A DNA stretch of 22,886 nt from Candidatus Thorarchaeota archaeon SMTZ1-45 (GTDB lineage Archaea; Asgardarchaeota; Thorarchaeia; Thorarchaeales; Thorarchaeaceae). The stretch's first letter is position 1. The number at the start of each line of letters is the position of its first letter. Location of the stretch: the NCBI GenBank assembly GCA_001563335.1, contig LRSL01000036.1:1-22886 (forward strand), read 5' to 3'. The translations under genes and the position numbers were made by a program. Positions 17,121 to 22,886 of the stretch are shown piece after piece. Under the pieces are notes generated by a model. That model worked only from the letters and a program-made list of their open reading frames with translations. It was not told the DNA's origin and did not search any database.

Positions 17121-18020
17121 GTGACTACTGGTTTACACCCTTCAGCAATAGAATCAGGAAAAATTGCAGCACGTGTGTTGAGTGAAATCAGTACTGAGAT
17201 AGAACCTGGGAAGAGAATCATCAAGATTTGTGCATCAGCTGAAACAAAGATTAAGAAGTATGGTGGAGTCCCTGCTTTCCCCCTCAATGTTTCTATTAAT
17301 CATATAGCAGCTCACAGCACATCACCAAGGGGCGACCGAAGTGAGATTCCTGAGTTCGGGCTTGTGAAGCTGGATGTGGGTGTGCATGTTGATGGATATA
17401 TCACCGATACAGCACGCACCATAGACATCGATGGAACTCTTGAAGGATTTGTTTCTGCAACGGATGATGCTTTAGATGATGCGATTCGATTGATGCAGCC
17501 TGGGGCAGAGCTAGGTGATGTTGGACAGACCATTGAATCTGTAATTAAGGAATATGGGCTTAGACCGGTGAAGAACTTGTCAGGTCACAGTCTTAAGAGG
17601 TATAGACTTCACGCAGGGAAAATTGTACCAAATGTCAAGAAGAAAGGAATTGGTACAATAGAGGTTGGAGAATATTACGCAATTGAACCATTTGCCACCA
17701 CTGGAACCGGAACAGTCATTGATAGTGAGTACGTCTATATTTTTGCGAACACAGGAATTGATGAGCCTCTGGAAGGTGCTACTGAACAACTCCGAAAATA
17801 TCTTCGTGATAAATATGGCCCCTTCCCATTTGCATCACGGTGGATTGGTACATCCAGCAAAAAAGTGGACATAATTGAAGAAATCAAAGCACTACTCAAA
17901 GCAAAAGCAATCCGTGGTTATCCAATGCAGATAGAAAAGAAGGGACGACCAGTGAGTCAGACCGAGCACACGGTCTATATCTCAGAGGGTGGTCCCATTG
18001 TTTTGACTAAAATGGACTAG
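17121..18020 (+). CDS. map: Type II methionine aminopeptidase, copy 2
   Basis: AFPLNVSIN, AAHST, KLDVGVHVDGYITDTA, SGH, AIEPF, SQTEHT; GTG start after AGGTGA. Confidence 0.95.
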   Translation: MTTGLHPSAIESGKIAARVLSEISTEIEPGKRIIKICASAETKIKKYGGVPAFPLNVSINHIAAHSTSPRGDRSEIPEFGLVKLDVGVHVDGYITDTARTIDIDGTLEGFVSATDDALDDAIRLMQPGAELGDVGQTIESVIKEYGLRPVKNLSGHSLKRYRLHAGKIVPNVKKKGIGTIEVGEYYAIEPFATTGTGTVIDSEYVYIFANTGIDEPLEGATEQLRKYLRDKYGPFPFASRWIGTSSKKVDIIEEIKALLKAKAIRGYPMQIEKKGRPVSQTEHTVYISEGGPIVLTKMD

Positions 18021-18379
18021 ATCCTATCTTTGTCCTCTGTGTCTTCTCTTACCATGTATACGCCTTCAATAGTCATGGCACCCTGACATTTTGGACATGT
18101 GGCTTCAACAGCCTTCAAGACATAATCACCTTTCTGAAAGTCTCGAATCTCCTTGAAATCGCAGCTGCTGCACCTAATCTCTGTGACTGTCGGTGGTGGG
18201 GGTTTCTCCTCTTTTTGCTGTCGTCCCGAAGTCAATAATGCGAACCCCATTGCCATGACAAACATGCCTATGAATGAATAGAGGAGTGACAGTGCATCGT
18301 TTGTTCCCATTCCCCACCACAGGATTAAGAATCCTGATACCGCGAAAACAAGCCCAAGAAGTTTACCAGCGATTCCCAT
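18017..18379 (-). CDS. Small membrane protein with C-terminal Zn ribbon
   Basis: Two hydrophobic helices, then CSSC...RDFQKGDYV...CPKC; 10 bp downstream of DUF1512. Confidence 0.88.
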   Translation of the reverse strand: MGIAGKLLGLVFAVSGFLILWWGMGTNDALSLLYSFIGMFVMAMGFALLTSGRQQKEEKPPPPTVTEIRCSSCDFKEIRDFQKGDYVLKAVEATCPKCQGAMTIEGVYMVREDTEDKDRI

Positions 18380-18389
18380 AACTTATACC

Positions 18390-19517
18390 TCACAGACCAA
18401 TTCCTATTGTATTTCCAATCCCAGCAAGAATCACACTATCGCCTGGTTTTGTACGCTTGAGGATTGATGTCTTGATGCGCTCAATGACCTCTGGCACTGC
18501 ATCTAGGATTCGTTTGTCCATGACTCCCACAGCGGCAGCCTCATCCTCTTTGATGACAATAGCTTCTATACCAATTCCGCGTTCTGTTGCAGTCTGTTCC
18601 ATTGCATACTTTTCAGGACCTAGATCACCAATTGCCGCACCGGTGCCTTCAGAAACTCTTCCAAGCTCTTCACCTTCCAGTTTCAGAGCAGCATCTATTG
18701 TAATTATTCGAGTTACTTTATCTCCGAACTTATCTACCAGATGCTTTACTGCAAAACCTGGCTTTCCAACTGTACCCCCAGGACCAGTCGCTCTCAATGC
18801 ATATACGGTTCTCCCTTCTGTCTCAACCTTATAGTATCCCACATCTCGTGAAATCTCATGGTTGTAGTTATCTGGTGTGCCGCCATATTCCCTAGCGAAT
18901 TTTGTGACAACCAAGGGTCCGATTCCGTCACCGATCGGCTTGCCTTCTGCTATCGCGCCGAGTGCGTCAAAGTATGCCTTTGCAAGTCTGAGGAGATCTG
19001 GCATCTGCATCTGAATCTGCATAATCATTATCTGGCTTCCTGTTTTCTTCCCTAGCAAGTAGAAGTGTCTGACAACCCTGAAGATGAGGCCCAGTACCTG
19101 TGTGACCTCTAGGGTGTTCTCAAGGTTCTGATCTATTCCTCCTGTTGCCTCAGGAGCCACTTCAGCTACAAACTCTTGGTAGCGATCTCTACTTTCATCA
19201 AGAAGATGGTCAAGTCGTTTTAGGATACCTGCTGGGTCCAGATCGACTGGCATGATTGTGAAATAATCCATCCAACGATCCAAGTCTTTGGCAACTTCTT
19301 CCTCAGACTTCCCATATTGCTTGAATGTATCAATGGCTGTTTGCCGTGATTCTATGAACATACGTTTCAATTCATGTAAGCCTGTTTCAATCTGCTTCAA
19401 CCACTGCCACATCTGAAATTTAGCCCCATAAAGGCTGAAGATTATGATGAAAGCAAAGAATGCAAGATTTATTATCCAACTGAATTCATTCGGTTCGCCT
19501 AGCTGCATAAATATCAA
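18390..19517 (-). CDS. DUF1512-family protein
   Basis: N-terminal TM helix, PVDLDPAGI, KPIGDGIGPLV, GPGGTVGKPG, ITIDAALKLEGE, GIGNTIGIG. Confidence 0.88.
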   Translation of the reverse strand: MIFMQLGEPNEFSWIINLAFFAFIIIFSLYGAKFQMWQWLKQIETGLHELKRMFIESRQTAIDTFKQYGKSEEEVAKDLDRWMDYFTIMPVDLDPAGILKRLDHLLDESRDRYQEFVAEVAPEATGGIDQNLENTLEVTQVLGLIFRVVRHFYLLGKKTGSQIMIMQIQMQMPDLLRLAKAYFDALGAIAEGKPIGDGIGPLVVTKFAREYGGTPDNYNHEISRDVGYYKVETEGRTVYALRATGPGGTVGKPGFAVKHLVDKFGDKVTRIITIDAALKLEGEELGRVSEGTGAAIGDLGPEKYAMEQTATERGIGIEAIVIKEDEAAAVGVMDKRILDAVPEVIERIKTSILKRTKPGDSVILAGIGNTIGIGL

Positions 19518-19598
19518 GCTCGAGATTATTCATTGTTCTTTTAATGACTTCTATCTCTACATTTTTCATATGAGAGAGTAGTAGAGAAGAATGAGAAT

Positions 19599-19714
19599 GT
19601 GGCAGCTTCAGGGCCTGTCACGCGCTCGCGCAGCGCACATCTCCCTGAACGTCCTGAGGCTTAACTTCTGAGTTCGGCCGAGTTCAGGTGTACCCTCAGA
19701 ACTATGGCCGCCAT
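19599..19714 (-). rRNA. rrf: 5S rRNA
   Basis: Minus strand: TGGCGGCCATAG...ACACCTGA..CCGAACTCAGAAGTTAAGCC...GCTGCCA; helix I TGGCGGC/GCTGCCA; TTAAAA ~25-30 nt upstream. Confidence 0.93.
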
Positions 19715-19741
19715 CAAAACGTTTGTCCTTCATCTTTGGTT

Positions 19742-21727
19742 TTAAGCATTACTCTGTGACAATTCCTTTCGTTTAGAGCGAGCCTGTGAGAGAAATGCAC
19801 CAACATCATCATCCCAAGCACCATCATCTCTTAGTAGACGTCGGTAGAGATCAAGTGTGTAATTTCTGAATGCTGTTGGTCTCATACATCTAATTGTTAA
19901 ATCATTCTCAATACCATACTTTGGCATTTTCATCGTTAATTCATAAGCTGCATCTTGAGTGAATGTTGATAATATAATCCCCATATCCGCTTTTTTGTTC
20001 AGCATTGCTAAAGATGTTGGAGTATTATCAAGAAGAGCCTTAGTTAACGAGATTAGATGCTTAGATTCACCTTGGACAAGCGTGGCAATTGAAACTAACC
20101 GAGCATCTTCAACATCATAGGTAACATCAACAACACCCTGATTGTATAACTTGGATAGAATTGCATGGACTTGTTTCTTACTCAAACTCCAGTATTTGAA
20201 ACGATCTTCTCTTTCAAAATCAACTAGATAGATTCCCCTAGATGCTAATCCGGCAACAGTTGCTTCATCCTTAGACATCTGATATGTATCTAAACTAGTC
20301 CTTTTTCTATAATGTCTGTCAAGTTTTCTCATTGAACTCTTATTACTTAATGATTTAGTTATTTGATTCACTGGTATTACCCAATTCTCTAATTCATCAC
20401 TATACAAATCAAGATTAACTGACCTAATTGACCATGCAACTTCAATCACATTTGGAAGGAATCTCTTGATTCGCTCTGCAGCAGTTTGTGGCATTGTCAT
20501 TACGTGTATATGTGGAGGATTATCGCTAGACAAACCTAACTTTGCTATGAATTTCATATGTTGATGTGGCCATCTATAAGCAGCACCAAGATAAAGAAGC
20601 TCTGTGAGCCCAATAATTTTGAAATTAATATGTCCTCTAATCCTCAGACCGTGAGAAACAGCAGCTAAACGTTCTCTCCAGACTCTTTTGGATCTCTTAG
20701 CACGGGAAAACGTAGCAGGCATTCTAGTTACAACTTTTTCCGATTTATTCAACTCCCTTGCTGAATTAATGGCTGTACCAATCCAATTTGGAAATAACTC
20801 GTTTACTTTTTGCCTAAAAATATCCCATGGTGAATCCAAGTGAGCATGAAGCGTTGCTATTGGTTGCTGTAATTGTTTTCTCTCAGCCAACTTCAAGTAC
20901 TTTATGTAGGGTGGCCACTTGGTTTTTGAAGAAACACATCTTTGATGACCGCGTATTAGATTACCGAATAGCTGGAGGGACTGTGCACGAAATGAAAAAT
21001 TCACAGGATCTTCCATTAGAATTTCAGGTTTAATTGCATATGCAAGAAATGCCATCAATTCCTCTCTAATCTGATTTGGAAATGATTCTGGAACAAATTG
21101 CGACAAGGTGTTTCTCATTGACCCTCCAAGTTTCAGATTGGGTATAGTTACATCACCAATGAGTCTTGAAATGTTCTCCCATGATGCTGAAAAATCATCC
21201 AAAACACTCAGAATCTCGTTTCTGTTTGATTGTCCCTCCTCCTGAATAATATAATCATCCCACTGTTTCTGATGTTCTTGATTATCAAGCAAACGTATTG
21301 CTTCAACTTCATAGTCATGTATCACCTGCGATTCAAGGACTCTTCCTGTCTTCGGGTCCCCGATGAGCAGCCATTTCCTTGCTTCCTTCTCAATTCGTTG
21401 AACAACATAGATAGCACTCTCTATGCCTAATTTCATTCTCCCATAGAATCCTCCAGTAGATGGGGGGAACACATCCTCAATCAATTGACCGACATCTCTT
21501 AGATATGGTCGCTTTACAATGAGTATTGGATCAAAGAAAATTCTATTTTCACTACTTATTGAATCGTCCTTGAGTTTGTAAAATGCATTAGTAATTGTTT
21601 GATTTGATATTATTGCCCCAGTTCCCAATCTTATTGATATTCCATCATCCTCAATTCTGAGGACTCCATTCTCAACCTCTTCTTCAGTTATCCACACTAC
21701 TACTGCTAAGCTATTAGAAGAGTTCAT
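19742..21727 (-). CDS. Hypothetical 661-aa protein, possible C-terminal winged-HTH
   Basis: Long uninterrupted ORF; LSKKQVHAILSKLYNQGVV resembles a wHTH recognition helix and wing. Confidence 0.85.
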   Translation of the reverse strand: MNSSNSLAVVVWITEEEVENGVLRIEDDGISIRLGTGAIISNQTITNAFYKLKDDSISSENRIFFDPILIVKRPYLRDVGQLIEDVFPPSTGGFYGRMKLGIESAIYVVQRIEKEARKWLLIGDPKTGRVLESQVIHDYEVEAIRLLDNQEHQKQWDDYIIQEEGQSNRNEILSVLDDFSASWENISRLIGDVTIPNLKLGGSMRNTLSQFVPESFPNQIREELMAFLAYAIKPEILMEDPVNFSFRAQSLQLFGNLIRGHQRCVSSKTKWPPYIKYLKLAERKQLQQPIATLHAHLDSPWDIFRQKVNELFPNWIGTAINSARELNKSEKVVTRMPATFSRAKRSKRVWRERLAAVSHGLRIRGHINFKIIGLTELLYLGAAYRWPHQHMKFIAKLGLSSDNPPHIHVMTMPQTAAERIKRFLPNVIEVAWSIRSVNLDLYSDELENWVIPVNQITKSLSNKSSMRKLDRHYRKRTSLDTYQMSKDEATVAGLASRGIYLVDFEREDRFKYWSLSKKQVHAILSKLYNQGVVDVTYDVEDARLVSIATLVQGESKHLISLTKALLDNTPTSLAMLNKKADMGIILSTFTQDAAYELTMKMPKYGIENDLTIRCMRPTAFRNYTLDLYRRLLRDDGAWDDDVGAFLSQARSKRKELSQSNA

Positions 21728-22140
21728 TCGGGATTTTCCCCTATAACATCAACTTAGTTGATTGCATTGAGCATTTTAGAATTACTGAATGAATTCTCTC
21801 TAAATAGATATACAATTGAAAAAAAGCTAATCATCTCACTTCTGGATGATGTAAACGTGTTGCTAATTGCAACCTATGTTTTAGTGTTATAAACAGATAT
21901 TTACCGGCTCCAAGGTTCTGGATCGCCTACTCTATCACGTGGTGTCATTGTCTTATCACAATGATTTATCATCACAATTCAATGTGGGCACATCATCACT
22001 CTGAAAGATCATCCTGAAGACTTCTTTTGAACGAAAATTGCATTTTCCGTGATCAATTCATGTCTTTTTGGGGGTACTTTATTTAGAACACGAAATACAG
22101 TATTTGCACAAAATTAGTAAGGTTATTTGAGCATCCTGCA

Positions 22141-22722
22141 TCATTGCCTATCATTTGTTGCAGACATATCATCAGCATCTATTGCCTCAAGCGGCTTTAC
22201 TGTACTTGCATTGAATGTTACACCATATTCTCCATATGTTTCGATTCCAAAACGTTTACAGACATCCTGCAATGTTGAAATGGCTGTCTTTGTCCAACCT
22301 GACACATCCAATTCTCCAGGACACGCTACATCTCTTACCATTATACTAAAGGGTTTGACGTGCTCTGCTGTCAGAATTCTGGCGACCATACTTAGTACAT
22401 GCTTTCTCTCGTCTTTGAGTGATTGTGCGTAAACTAGTATTAGCCGATCTACAGCATCATGAGTGCCCAAAGCCACGAGTATGTCCAAACCCATGAGCCA
22501 TTTCTCATAATCCTCTGAAGCTAGGAGGTTCTCGCAATAATCCAATAGGTGCGAATCATGCCTACGAGCCAGCTCTAACAATGCTGGTCTTCTAAGGATA
22601 AGATGTACAGATTCATCCTCAACAAGATTCCACAACCGCGCACTACCGACATCGACATAAAGAGGGGTGTGGTCTTCAATGTGGGAAGGCGTCGATAGTA
22701 AGCGCAGCCGTGGCTGGGTCAT
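22141..22722 (-). CDS. Hypothetical protein with HEAT-like helices
   Basis: 193-aa ORF; amphipathic helical pairs (LLASEDYEKWLMGLDILVALGTHDAVDRL). Confidence 0.8.
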   Translation of the reverse strand: MTQPRLRLLSTPSHIEDHTPLYVDVGSARLWNLVEDESVHLILRRPALLELARRHDSHLLDYCENLLASEDYEKWLMGLDILVALGTHDAVDRLILVYAQSLKDERKHVLSMVARILTAEHVKPFSIMVRDVACPGELDVSGWTKTAISTLQDVCKRFGIETYGEYGVTFNASTVKPLEAIDADDMSATNDRQ

Positions 22723-22886
22723 GTACTCCGGTATAGACCATGACTATTAAGGTCGTATAAGAGAGTGTCAATTGGATAGCTTTTTATGAGGAAAATTCGG
22801 ACTCATTAGTAAGTCCTAGACAGAGGAGAATAAGATGCCTGGTTCACATGGTTCACTTACAAAGGCTGGAAAGGTTCGAGAATCCA

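Noticed and set aside
1057-22432. Numerous short antisense or nested ORFs in the ORF track
   Set aside because: They are shadows of well-supported genes.
22857-22886. 3' end of a minus-strand gene (...WILEPFQPL*)
   Set aside because: Only nine codons visible; not supportable.

Overview
Archaeal chromosomal segment. Gene content suggests TACK/Asgard, possibly Thorarchaeia, but that is inference. Most of the window is core information-processing genes: rps6e-eIF2gamma-PIN-rpoE'-spt4, a site-2 protease, a tRNA thiolase (TtuA/NcsA), a nucleotidyltransferase, a radical SAM protein, pelota, a protease-less Lon-like ATPase, dnaG, an MBL hydrolase, two tandem type II methionine aminopeptidases, DUF1512 and a solitary 5S rRNA gene. 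Two regions are not explained by this annotation. (1) At the left end is an oversized TnpB/Cas12-like RuvC nuclease gene. Its frame is open 105 codons upstream of the first ATG, its 3'-end motif recurs upstream of the gene, and it faces a divergent unknown ORF. (2) A ~520-nt intergenic block upstream of dnaG folds into many nested helices and matches no RNA family I recognise. dnaG also appears to need a non-canonical (ATA) start.
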